Shown here: one piece after another, positions 28,167 through 41,407 of the stretch | Layout: each line of letters starts with the position of its first letter | Numbering within the stretch: position 1 is the first letter of the stretch | Assembly (NCBI GenBank): GCA_951406725.2 | Contig: OX597826.1 | Location: 5,146,001 to 5,210,000, forward strand | DNA from: Octopus vulgaris | Taxonomy: Eukaryota | Length of the DNA: 64,000 bases | Reading direction: 5' to 3' | Notes under the pieces: generated by a model | What the model was told of the DNA's origin: nothing | What the model saw: only the letters and a program-made list of their open reading frames with translations | The model's database searches: none | Position numbers and translations under genes: made by a program

Positions 28167-29039
28167 TATGTATATATATATATATGTATATATATATATG
28201 TATATAAATATATACATATATATATATATATGTGTGTGTGTGTGTCTGTGTGTTTGTGTGTGTGTGCTTATTAATTTGGACTTGGAGTATCTCACTACCA
28301 AAGCATTTTTCTTCCGCAAACACCTGACCAGATGTTGTGCACACCACCGAAAAGAAAGACGCCGCGATACTAGCTTCGGAGAGGAAAGCAGCTCTTCACA
28401 TATAACAGAGGCTATACTGTTCTATTGCCTAAACGCGAAAATTCGCAGTCGATTGGAGAAGAGCCGGTGGCTCCAATGAAAACATAACGGCAACTGTGAC
28501 CAACACTATCCAGCAGATGGTGAATTGCCTACAACAACATTTGGAGGTTTTATTTACACCAATACCCGGACACAATTTTTTCCCACGAGAGTTCTGGACC
28601 CAGTTATGCACTCATTTTGATACAGCCAATCAGAGCTCAACTATCAAACTAGTGCCTACCTAGCCACGAAAATACTTTGGTTGAGTTCAGTGGAAAAGTT
28701 CCGTTATAGCAATATATAACTGATCTAAACGAGTTAATAAGGGAGACAAATATGAAATTTAGTGTATAAAATGAATGGAGAGCTGCTCACCGATGATGTC
28801 ATAAGTGTTGCCAATTTGCATAATTTGCTAGAATATGTAAATGAGTGTAGTTTCCTAATTTTGTTACTGATTTTGTACATTCTTAATATAAATTGAGCTG
28901 AAAACATCGTAATCAATATGGTGTTGTCTCGTATTGTACGCTCCTTGCATATATCAATGGGTACATGCAGTATCACTAATCTCAGTCTGAGCATAGGAAC
29001 CTAATGTTAGCTCCATATAGAGATGGTGTTCAGCTGATC

Positions 29040-29165
29040 TATGAGGCTTTGGTTGGCCCGAACATATAGTAGAAGACACTTGCCCAAGGTAACACGCACT
29101 GGGACTGAACCGGGAACCCTGTCGTTGGGAAACAAGCTTCTCACCACACAGCCTCACCTGCGTCT
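29040..29165 (-). mobile_element. SINE family B head
   Basis: ggctttggttggccc..agaagacacttgcccaagg..gggactgaacc..ccacacagcc. Confidence 0.85.
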
Positions 29166-29387
29166 ATCATATATGCGGTGCTTATGTGAGACCTACTATA
29201 GAGTACTCACTAAGTGGCATGCACCATTCTATGCCTGACTGGCCGTACTGTAGAAGCACACAGTAAGTGGATTTTCAAGGTGAGCTCTGATTGGCTGTAT
29301 GCAAACAAGTTTATTACTGGGGTAAAGAACTCTCGTGCGAAGGAAATTTCGCCGCCCGGACAGCCGGCAAAACTTGTAAGGTGACTT

Positions 29388-29467
<80 letters not shown>

Positions 29468-29503
29468 ACTGCTACCACCACCACCACTACCACCACCACC
29501 ACC

Positions 29504-29551
<48 letters not shown>

Positions 29552-29643
29552 GCTAATACTACTGCGACTACTACTACCACTACCCCACTACTACTACTAC
29601 TACGACTACTACTACAACAACAACTACAACAACAACAACAACA

Positions 29644-29696
<53 letters not shown>

Positions 29697-29701
29697 TACC
29701 C

Positions 29702-29788
<87 letters not shown>

Positions 29789-29790
29789 TC
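29388..29790. repeat. (CTA)n/(CTG)n/(CCA)n/(CAA)n compound microsatellite
   Basis: Directly visible. Confidence 0.95.
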
Positions 29791-30173
29791 AATATAACGC
29801 CGTCACATCATCCAACAGATGGTGAGTAGCCTACAGCAACAGTTGGGAGTGTTTCTACACGAACGTCTGGAACGTCGATTACACCTACATTTGGAGAGTG
29901 ACTGCTGCTAATATAACCCCAAGGGATTCATATAGATTAACAAAACCTGTATAACTGGACATTTTTCAGACTGTTTTTCTTCTGGGTATGGGCCTTTGCG
30001 CCTGAAATATAAATGTTTTGTGAAACTTTCCGCACTGTCAGAAGCTTTCCTATTTTCTCTCTGATTTTCCCTTCTTTAATATTACAATGCTTCAAGCGAA
30101 CTACAATGCTCTTATGTATGTATAACTATTCTCTTATATGTATAACTATTCTGCGTATATATTTGTGCCTACT

Positions 30174-30400
30174 TTTCAATGCGCTGACTGCAAATCTAAT
30201 GGAGGCCTCAAAAGAAATTTTAAGATCCACAAAGATCAGAACCTATCTGCAGCTCTTTGTGATCCAAATCAGATATGCAATCTATGTGGGTGTCTTTTCA
30301 ACACATTTCGTGGTTTAAAAAGCCACATCAGACGCCATGAGGGATCTAACATGTGGGTACAGGAGGTGGACAAACTCTGCATGAGGAGTAGACAACCAAC
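30174..30400 (+). mobile_element. Probable RTE-type LINE 3' end with C2H2 zinc-finger remnants
   Basis: CNLCGCLFNTFRGLKSHIRRH (C-x2-C-x12-H-x3-H) preceded by a broken finger; no TGEKP linker; ends directly in a microsatellite. Confidence 0.5.
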
Positions 30401-30439
30401 ATATGTATGTGTGTCTGTGAGAGCCTGTCAGTGTCCGTT

Positions 30440-30630
30440 TCTGTGTTTGTCCCACACCACCGCTTGACAACCGGTGTTGGTGTGTTTATGTCCCCGTAAC
30501 CTAGCGGTTCGGCCGAAAGAGTCAGATCGGATAAGTACCAGGCTTAATATAAATAAAAACTGGGGTCTATTCAAGGCGGTGCTCCAACATGGCCGCAGTT
30601 TAATTACTTAACAAGTAAAAAATGAAAGAT
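30440..30630 (+). mobile_element. SINE family B 3' half
   Basis: tgtgtttgtcccacaccaccgcttgacaaccggtgttgg..agcggttcggc..ggcggtgctccaacatggccgcag. Confidence 0.85.
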
Positions 30631-31262
30631 GAATTGTTGGATGGTCCCCTAGGCGTTTTTTAGATGCTGATGAGGGTGAAAAGAAAAATATTAGTTCTAA
30701 CAATGGCATAGGATCACGCGTTTGCAAGGAAGGAGCATGTTCCGAAACAGCGAAGCTAGTGGTTATCCGGTATTTTTACTCAACACATTACGGATTGTAC
30801 TTATTGACTAACTATATCAAATTTAAACCACTGCCAAAAAATATGCATACATACAAATATGTCTGTATGCTTATATACATGTATGTCTATATGCAGTGTA
30901 TAGACAAATATAGAGCGACAAATGTGTGTGAGAAGAAAGATAAAAAAAATGGAGGAAATTATAACAATACTAAAAGAATAGAACAGTAAAAATATGAGGC
31001 TAAAAGTAAATAGTAACACGTAGAGTAATGGAGAAAAGGGAAACTTAAGAATGTAAATTCGCTTTTTAGTCGATATATCTGTTTGTGAATGATGGAGTGC
31101 ATCATTTGACTTTTCATAACCAGGAACATCCATTGATAGGTGGTTCTCAGCTGTATTGATTTTCGGAGAAAACCTGGAGGAGTGTAATCCAATTACTCTT
31201 GTTATTTTTTAACCTCAGTTCAACATTGATCATGCATTTATCTATCTGTCTGCCTGTTTGTG

Positions 31263-31333
<71 letters not shown>

Positions 31334-31377
31334 ACACATGTACATATATACATATACACAAATTATGTGTGTGTGTG

Positions 31378-31408
<31 letters not shown>

Positions 31409-32927
31409 TTACATATAATAAATGTAAACAATACAGAAGGCATTGTATGTTATGGAGATAAAACTACTATGTAAGTCTATTAGTACAATAATGACTATAT
31501 AATAATGATACATAAATTCCGATTTAAAGTGACATTTATATATAAACAATCGACGGAAAATTGATGAGCTAATCGAACCCACAAATCAACGCTTACGTGA
31601 GGCATGAAATGATCGTAAAAATAATAGCTAGATAAGCTTTAAATCACGCACCAAAATCCCAAAAATTTTAATGAATATATACTTTGTCTAATACCACATA
31701 TAGTATTTGTAAACAAACCAGAAGGCTTTTTAAGTTATGGCGATAAAGCGACTATGGAAGTCTCTTAGTACAATAATGTCTATATATGGTTGAAATTGAT
31801 GAGTGAGCATTTGGTGCAATTGGATGCGCAAGGAGCTGTGTATGCATTCATTTGTGGGTTCGATTCTGGCTTGGATTTGCTCATCCATTTTCATAATTCA
31901 ATATATTCTTTGATATAGAGCGTAATTTTAGGGAGCCTCAGTTGCTATATTTAACTGATGAGTCAGCAACTGAAAAGATTTACGTTGTACCATTGTGTCT
32001 TTAAGAAGCTAAGTATTTGCAGCAAAGAAGGAAAAGTGGGATTATTTTAATAGCCATGGCTTTTCCCAAAATAAGTTTGACGCTAGTATAGAGAGATAGT
32101 TTCCATTGGCTCCCCTTACTTACGTCGTTGCTTGTGGAAATCTTATATGTTGGATAAGTATTGATATCTCCTTTTTATATAATATTGAAGAATTTGGATC
32201 TTTTCTGTTTGGCTGCCGCTTTTCAATTTCTTTAAATTTATTCCAATGGATTTCAAATTTGTTGAACTTGTGTAGTTTTATATGTTCGTTATTGATATGA
32301 AATTAATTTTCGCCATAAGTCACTAAATGAAAAATTTTATCGCTTTTAAAGTCTGCAAATTTTGTGTAAATTTAGCCAATCGAAAACCACAGACATATAG
32401 ATGCTAGTTTCCATAGTGACAAGGCAAGCTGTTACAAAGCTGCTTAACGACGTGGTCAATTCCCGCTTCTTGAAGGCTTAAAACACATGAGACATGAACT
32501 GATCGTAAAAATAATAGCTAGATAAGCTTTAAATCACGCACCAAAATTCCCCCAAAAGTTAAAGTATAATGAGGGGTTATACGCCGTGAATAATGCAGAA
32601 TTCCGCCAATTGTTTTTATTTGTTTACAGTTGGCATCACGTGCTGTCAAACACAAAAGGACAGCCTCCAGATGTGATTGGATAAAAACTATCAAGTTTAA
32701 ACCGCTGTAAGTTTTTAAAAACTTTTTCCTGGAAAAAGTGAATTAGTGTGCAAGATTCAGCGTGGAAATTCACATCAATACACCAATTGAAATTTTTACT
32801 AGATTTTAAAATTCCCACGGGAACAGCCAAACAGGAAAAATCCAAGAATTTAAGGTAATATTTTAGTTTATGTATAGATTCTATAAAGTCACACAGACAC
32901 ACACACATGCTGATCTACATAAGCACA

Positions 32928-32988
<61 letters not shown>

Positions 32989-33180
32989 TGTAAGAAAGAA
33001 AACAGGATATAAACAGGCAAAACTAAATACAGAATGTAATAAATTATAAGCAATAACAAAAAGTAAAAAAAGAACTTTCTGGTGATACTAGTATAACAGA
33101 TAAATTCCCATAATGAATTAGATTTCATCAAATGTCTTGACACAGAACGTACGACGCTTATGTACTTTCTAGAATTACCT

Positions 33181-33404
33181 ATTTCTTTACTACCCACAAG
33201 GGGTTAAACACAGAGAGGACAAACAAGGACATACAAACGGATTAAGTCGATTATATCGACTCCAGTGCGTACCTGGTACTTATTTAATCGACCCCGAAAG
33301 GATGAAAAGCAAAGTCGACCTCGGCGGAATTTGAACTCAGAACTTAGCGACAGACGAAACACTGCTAAGCATTTCGCCCGGCGTGTTAATGATTCTGCCA
33401 GCTC
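33181..33404 (-). mobile_element. SINE family A (variant tail, as in the first unit at 13530)
   Basis: aatcgaccccgaaaggatgaaaagcaaagtcgacctcggcggaatttgaactcagaac..gattctgccagctc. Confidence 0.9.
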
Positions 33405-34861
33405 CGTGGCTGATGGAAGTATCATCTGTCGCTAACCTAATGTTTGTGAAAATAGAGGAGCTCACGAAAGGCGCCGAAAGTCCGGATCGTGTATTGCGAG
33501 CGACATATCCCTTATACAAACCTAGACGAGGAACAACTGCTTTTTAAGTCTTCCTTACGGTTTTATTCACAATGGTTTAGTAAATCTGAAGCTGTGGTAT
33601 AAGTTACTTGCTCAGAGGAGCCACGCGTTGCGATGGAATCTAATCATACTTGAGAAGACTCACCCAAGTCTCCCCCTATTTATTTAACGTCAAACGTTGA
33701 AATAAAATTAACAATCATAGCGAATTTTATTTCAAGATTTGGCCAATTCTGCTATCAACCCTTATTTGTTCATTCCATATTGACTTCGAAATTTGGCACG
33801 GAGCCACACACTTTTAGAGAATGAATAAATTCTATTGAATCAACTCCAGTACTTATTGAACTTTTGCTACGTAGCGTATTAGACTAAGGGAGTGGGTGAT
33901 GTTGACGTAAAGCAATGTCAACACTGGCGGGTTTTGAATTGTAAATAGTGAGAGACAGTTTTAATTCTTGCCTCTTTTTCCTTTCGAAGTTGATGTACAA
34001 TTTTAGGTGTTGAGAATAACAAGTATAATATTGATTTATTATACACAAATAATGTTATCGAGTTTGATAAATGTATGATTGGATCGAGGACATTCACCTA
34101 TTTCGACTTTCACGCACTTGTCTTACCGAAATACTATACATACTGTAATGAAATATATAGTCAAACACGATAAAATATGAAAAGAACAACTATAAAGTCA
34201 CAGGTAAACACTTCACGATGTGTTTGCGAGATTCAATAACGTTTGTATAATACCTGACTCTTCTTATCAATTCAAAATTGGTGTTTGCACAGGCAAAAGG
34301 CCTTAAATTTGGACGATGTTAGTGGATACCATCAACAACAGTACTTGACCAATACCTTATGTTATCGACCCCAAAACCTGGGATTTACACTCAGAATTTG
34401 TAGAATAGAAGAAATACTGTATCTTTAGAAAATTGTTCCTAACAGCCACAAGGTCACAACTATCATATAATAGGTGGGGTGTTTTGTTTATTGAACCGGA
34501 CTCAGTTATTGACAGCTACTTTATCTTATCGATATCGGAATTGAGGAGGATTTGCACCCAGAATGTAAAGTACCGAACTAAATAATGAAATTTTTTTCTG
34601 TTCGTTGCTTTAAATATTTAGTCAATCTTCCTTCATAAGTTACATCTATTGATAATATTGTATAACAAAATTTTTATTATTTTCTTTTTGGTCAGTAAGT
34701 GTTATTTCCTATTTCCTTGTATCTAGAAATCAAAGGAAATGACTACTATTCCCTTCAAACCTTGCTTTTGTGTCTGGACATCAATGTTTTGAAACTGACC
34801 TATTTTCTACTCCATCTCAGACGGACTCAGCGCTGAGTTACTGAAGCAGAAATATCGTTAT

Positions 34862-35030
34862 AGCAAATATTGTGCTCCATACCACAGATTTGCTAGTCAG
34901 TTGCTTGACCTTAACCAACTGAGCATTTCCATTTGTAGGTGATGACATGCGCATCTTTGATCATGAGCAGAAATAGTGGGAGAGCATCATAGCCAAGATT
35001 TGAGAGGGATACTTTCGGGTTTGAATAAAT
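34862..35030 (+). mobile_element. Internal fragment of the ~550-bp TAA-associated repeat
   Basis: agcaaatattgtgctccataccacagatttgc..gagcatcatagcc..gtttgaataa matches 38208-38370. Confidence 0.75.
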
Positions 35031-35989
35031 ATCATAACAAAAGCAAAGTTTGAAGGAAATATTAACTATTATTCATACTTTCTAAGGGTAAGTAAATAGG
35101 AAATAACAATTTCTACCCAAAGACAAAAATCATATTACATAGTGTAATGCGTATAATACTTAGTACCTATTTAATAAAAATTACTACAAGTAAATATTTT
35201 ACTGTTCACCACAAGACTGGAAAATTAATTTTTCCTCTGAAAATATTCTGTAGAAACGTTGAAAAATATTACTATGTACAACAAGAAACGCTCATATCAA
35301 ATACATTCTCTCTAATTTTTGCCATTAATAAAATAGTAATTATCGAATAAGGTCATCACAATTAAGGGAACATTGTAATTGATTTCATCGACTCAAGTAC
35401 TAGAATATTAATTATTATAACTAGACAAACAATTAATGACTAAAAAACTATTACTTCCATGGGAATTCAAAACAAAGCCTAAAATTAAGAAAAACAATGA
35501 AAAGAAATAACTAAAAATTATTTGCTATAAGAGATCATTCACTCCTATCCACAAATTAATCAATATTAAAATATTTAACAATAAGCGAAACAGATTAATA
35601 TTAATGTTACTAAATGTTCGACTCTGTAAAATTTATGACGTCAGTGGGTTGAATGTATTAATATTCATAATTATATCTCTATGTATCTTATTGGTATTTA
35701 ATATTATAGTATATAATTTCCATATACGTAATTCAGTCAGGCTGAAGGTCACTTAAATACTACCTGACTCTATGTGATGGTACTAAATATTTCACAATGG
35801 GAGCAAGACGCCAAAAATGAGGTTTATAAAAGAGGGCAGTTTTGTTCGCTAACTTAAAGAAAAACAGGTCATATGATGTTGTGTGTTGGAGAATTACGCA
35901 TCCGAATTGTAGACGAAGAACACTCAACCATAAATGAGATCTGGTGTTGGTAACAATCAGTGTGAGCTGCTGATAAGAATACATGGATA

Positions 35990-36665
35990 ACTTACCAACG
36001 TCTGGTCGAGCTTGCTCGGACATTTTTAACCTGCATAAACCAACAATCTCGGTCATGCCTTAGTTGATTGAGATCTTCGGGAAGGCATCCAATGTCTCTT
36101 GTGACATGATCTACATATTTTGTGTTCGGTCGACCTGCCCGAATACGGCCATGCTTTGACATCCATAGCAGTAGGCCACTTGCCAGGTCTTGTCTAGCTC
36201 GCCAACAATGCCCTGCAAAGCGCGAGCGTCTTTCCCTTATACTAGTAGAAACAAGCAGGAGATCTCCATTCCCTGTTTCTTGGGATGAGTTCTCCATGAT
36301 ATGTTTAAGACTGCTCTTCACGTTCGGATGTAAGTTCCATCTAGCTTGCATTGCAGCGTTTTGGTAAACTTCCAGACTTGTTCCATATAAAAGGACTAAC
36401 TTTACTGATGCACGGGAAAAAATCCTTTTGAGGCTGTATTAAGGGTTGATTTCCAGACACATCCAGTTTATTTAGGGCTGATGACGCTTTGGGTCTCCGA
36501 GTTTTGATTTCCTTTTCAGTTGAAGCTAAATCAGAACCGAGGTGCGTGAAATCACCAACTCGATTCAAGGGATCTCTGCTAATGTTGGTGATGGATCTTT
36601 GTAGCTTGTGAGCTATGAATTGGTTTTACTAGGATTAACAAGTGGTCCAACATTATGTGCATCCA
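35990..36665 (-). pseudogene. RTE-clade LINE, 3' part of ORF (RT thumb and C-terminus), frameshifted
   Basis: VGDFTHLGSDLASTEKEIKTR..ALNKLD and RRSRFAGHCWRARQDLASGLLLW..HGR..GRP..DRDCW, typical of RTE C-termini. Confidence 0.85.
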
Positions 36666-36779
36666 CGATTTTCGGCGCAAAAGCAACAAAGATGACCATT
36701 TGCTAAATTAAAGATCACAGCGAAAAAAAAAATAAAAGTAAAAATAAAAGTGTCGCTTACAAAAATTAGAAGCGAAAAT

Positions 36780-37060
36780 GTTCCTGGAAAAAAACGAAAT
36801 AAGCTACTTTTAATCACTCCAAAATCCCTTTACTATCTGAAGATGGTGGTGTTCTGTGTCTGATGGAAATGGAAAAACATTGTGCATTTGGAGATCTTTG
36901 GATGAAATGAGACATAGTTATCGTTCCTTGTTAGACCGATTAAAGCCAATTGATGAAAAGCGTTCAGAATTAACCAATCAAAAGTGTATTGTCTTCCTTC
37001 AGGACAATGCTAGGCCGGCAGATCCGACAGAAATTGGTACAGTTTGGTTGGGGTGTCTTA
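36780..37060 (+). pseudogene. Mariner transposase catalytic-domain remnant
   Basis: VFCV*WKWKNIVHLE..LDRLKPIDEKRSELTNQKCIVFLQDNARP..RQKLVQFGWGVL. Confidence 0.9.
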
Positions 37061-37225
37061 TATAGTATATATAATATATTACATAATATAATATACACTC
37101 ACACCCCAATACACAGAAACACACACACTCACATAAATATAAATATAAGAGTGGATTTCTATGGGTGTTTCATTCGATATTTCACGAACTCAACACCTTA
37201 ACATTGTTATATATATATATGTATG

Positions 37226-37294
<69 letters not shown>

Positions 37295-37744
37295 GTATAT
37301 ATATATTCCATATATTTAATGTAAAACATAACACACAAATAAAATGACAGATACAGAAATAAATACAATTATTGATATTTACCACCAGGTGGCGTAATAG
37401 ATATGAGACAGTTAAACATTTGAGAACATTACTATTTACGAGTATAACATATTGTTTCATATCTTTGTGTTAACTATTACGTCGATAGAAGTGAATGACC
37501 TGTTAAGTAGAAGAACAGCTCATAGCATCGTTGGTTATTTGTTTTCATGTGTTTTATGTTCTGTGTGATATCCCCATGGAGATAATAGTTTATTTTCCTT
37601 TTTTCCTTTTCACCAAATTTCGTCTAGCTTAATAATTATGTTTATTACATTTGAAGCTACAAGAAATACTCTGTGTCCGTGAGACGTTCTGATAGCTTTT
37701 AAGTTAATAATAATATTTATAAAAGCATTATTTATAATAGTAAT

Positions 37745-38030
37745 TATGAACTCTGCCGTTGAAGACGATGTATGAGTGTTCAGCTTTTACCGAATGATCT
37801 GCACAAATGATTTGATTCTGGTGATCAAATGTATGTGTTGCACAATAGCTCACTCCTTCCATCACATCAACGTTGCCTGAAGAGGTGCACGGTGTATAAG
37901 ACGTCAGGTGTCGAAGTGATCGCTGAGCAATGCGAGATGAAGCGCTTTGCTCACACCATTCGGTTTCAGTACTAAAACGACGATCTTGGGATCGTGGATG
38001 CAATACTCTAACCACTAGAGCATGCGTGCT
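37745..38030 (-). mobile_element. tRNA-derived SINE (family E), diverged
   Basis: Reverse complement starts 'gcacgcatgctctagtggttaagagtattgcatccacgatc' (A box); head resembles 24350-24492. Confidence 0.6.
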
Positions 38031-38041
38031 CAATAATAATA

Positions 38042-38100
<59 letters not shown>

Positions 38101-38104
<4 letters not shown>

Positions 38105-38660
38105 GCCCTGATGCAGTACCAAACAGTGGCTCTCGTGTCTTCTGATCTTAATTGATTGGAAGTGTTATCATGTACATTGTTTTGTCTTGGTATAAAAGAT
38201 GGACTACAGCAAATATTCTGCTCAATACCACAGATTTGGTTGTCAGTTGCGCATGTCCCAGTTGAGCATGTCCCTTAGTGGCTGATGATATGTGCATCTC
38301 TTATCACGACCAGAAGTAGTGGGGGAGCATCATATCCATGTATTGAGAGGGATTCTTTAAAGTTTGAATAATTCAGCTCTGGAAACATGGGTGTTTCGTA
38401 CAACATCCTTAAACAATCCTTACAGGGACCTTTTGAGCGGGATGGGCTACTCGACCAGAAGAAAATTGTAACTGAGCTCCACCTGCAAGGTCATGTAATA
38501 TTTATCTTGATATGCGATCACCATGTCGCGCACGTATGGTTGTGATGCATGTGCCTGGTGTACCCTTATCAGACGGGTAGTCATGACGGGTATACCGGGC
38601 TTCGTATATTTTACTCCAGTGTCACTATGACGGCATGCACTGCTCTCTAATAATAATAAT
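38101..38660 (+). mobile_element. ~550-bp dispersed repeat flanked on both sides by (TAA)n
   Basis: High similarity by eye to the reverse complement of 47428-47983. Confidence 0.85.
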
Positions 38661-38685
38661 AATAATAATAAAAATAATAATAATC

Positions 38686-38870
38686 AGATGAAAAGTTGAT
38701 AGTGTATGGATTTGGGACATGAAATCTGGAAAAGTTGTTCCTGCGATTACTGGTGAATTACGAACGGTTAATGATAACGTAGACGAATGAATCAATGGAT
38801 TTGATTGGAATATAATGCAGAGCAGAAAGTTTGCCGTTAAAAAACAAGAAATATCAAAAAGGTTTTACTC
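38686..38870 (+). pseudogene. Possible restriction-like-endonuclease C-terminus of an R4/Dong-type non-LTR element
   Basis: IWDMKSGKVVPAITGELRTV...QKVCR*KTRNIKKVL resembles LW.M..KVVP.I.GALGTV...QK..LLGT..ILRKVL; follows (TAA)n. Confidence 0.45.
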
Positions 38871-39325
38871 ACTTTGTGGCTTATTAAAATATTTTGTATT
38901 TCTAATTAAAAGGTGTTGAACCACTACCCACACAAATTCTACCAGGAATAAGACCAGTCCTGAATGAAGAGGAATAATTAGTAACAGAATCGTTTCTACT
39001 ATTGGCACAGGGCCTGGAGTTATGAGATAGTGTCAAAATGGTACTTAATTCCTTCACCTGAAAAGGTAAAAATCGATCTTGGTGGCACTTGAATGCAGAA
39101 TTGCTAACAATTCTGCCAGCCCGCCACCCTAAGAATAATACTGATGATAATAATAATAATGATTATTCTTACTATTTGCACAAGACGTGAAATTTTGGGG
39201 AAGAGGATAGTCGATTACATCCACCCCAGAACCCAACCGACCCTTATTTTATCGGCAAGGTCTTCGTCTATGTGCATGTACGTATATTGGAAAGCAAATA
39301 TTTTGCATTAAATTTCGAAAGATTT

Positions 39326-39366
<41 letters not shown>

Positions 39367-39380
39367 TATCACCATCACCC

Positions 39381-39457
<77 letters not shown>

Positions 39458-39462
39458 CCACC

Positions 39463-39682
39463 AAGACGGCGAGCTGGCAGAATCTTGAGCATGCCGGGCA
39501 AAATACTCAGCACTATTTCGTCCGTCTTCACGTTCTGAGTTCAAATTCAGCGGAGGTCGACTTCGTCTTTCATCCTTTCGGGGTCGATAAAATATTTACT
39601 AGTTGAACACTGGAGTAGATGTAATCAACTGAGCCCCTTTCCTAAACCTGCTGGCCTTGTGCCAAAATTTGAAAACAATATT
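39463..39682 (+). mobile_element. SINE family A after a (CAT)n array
   Basis: gacggcgagctggcagaatc..ctgagttcaaattc..ttcatcctttcggggtcgataaa..ggccttgtgccaaaatttgaaa. Confidence 0.9.
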
Positions 39683-41013
39683 ATATCTAGAACATAAGAA
39701 GGCCATCGTACGTTATGAACTCAGAGTGAAGGTGATCAGAACAAATACAAACACCACAAACATCCATTCCAATCGTTCCAACATATTTACCTGAAAAGTA
39801 AAACTGATTTCGGACAGATTTGAACTCAGCTCGGAGGGCATTGGGAAAAATACGACCTGATTACTATCCGATACAATAACGAACCTGCCAATTCCTTATC
39901 TCATAATCAGTATTTTTTCCCAGTTTGGCTGACATGGGAAAATTCTTTTGAGTGCTGCAGTATATCTCTTTCTTTACATAGATTCTCAGTAATGCCTTCA
40001 CTTGATTTCAAGTCCATATTTTGCATTTCGTTTCTTCTATCATCCACTACTATGTAAATAAGGTAAAATGGACAATTAATTGTGGATCTTATACGTGATG
40101 GCAAATTATTAATGAATTGATGTTTAATAAGTATCATCTCACCTTACGCGAGTGATACATACATACATGCATACATACATACACACATAATACATTATAT
40201 AAATATATATATATATATTTATGCATACACGTACATATCTATATATAATGAATTACGTGAAAGCTTGTATAGAGGTTTTCATGTATATATATATATAGGT
40301 GGATGTATATGTATATATATATATATGCATGTTTGTGTGTATGTGTGTGGGTGTATGAGTAGGTGTGTATGTATGCACAATCATATCTCTCCTTCTCACA
40401 CTTTATAACAATGTAAATACTCATTCACAGAAATACATAGACACTGATGCATTACATTCATATATGTATGCACACATTCAAATACATACATATATACATC
40501 TATCCATACACACCCAACATATGTAAGCTCTGCTAGTAACTAATATGCGAAGTCTACAACTACGCGCTTAACTCGATCACTAGTATTGAAGATTAAATGT
40601 AAATAAATTCATGATTGGCAAACAATTTCTAATATATTGACATCCACCCAAGTAATTACGGATAGGTTTAGACTGCCCTACAGATATATTGCCAAAGTTA
40701 GATAAATATTTTTCCATTACATCCGATGTTTATCCGACAATGTCCTGGAGATGGTCAACAAATAAGAATAAACACGTAGCTAAGAAATTATTCACACCGT
40801 ATAAAATTTGTATATGAATGTATGTACTTCTACGTATTCATTACATATGCATACGTGCATCCATCCATCCATACATCCATACATGTATGTATCTATGTAT
40901 GCATATATATATATATATATTCATATATGTATGTAATATATGTATGTTTGGCATACATACATACACAGATACATACATACACAGATACATACATACATAT
41001 ATATATACATACA

Positions 41014-41053
<40 letters not shown>

Positions 41054-41354
41054 CATGCACGTATGTATGTATGTATGTATGTATGTATGTATGTATGTAT
41101 ATATAAAACATAGGGTTTATTATATTATTGCATTAAAATAATAAAATATCATACAAAGAAAATCAAGGAATGTTGATATTAAAAGATCTAAAATTTGGCT
41201 ATAAATCTCGAGCTAGTTATACAAATATACTCTGAAAATGTATAACAACAAACCAGGGAAATATGTTATTGTACTTCCATGGAAAATCTCTCATCTTCTC
41301 TATTTTCCTTCCCCTCCCTTTCTCCGTCTGTCTATTCTCTCTCTCTCTCTATAT

Positions 41355-41407
<53 letters not shown>

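Noticed and set aside
30660-30700. ctgatgagggtgaaa, hammerhead-like spacing
   Set aside because: No helix II, helix III or helix I pairing.
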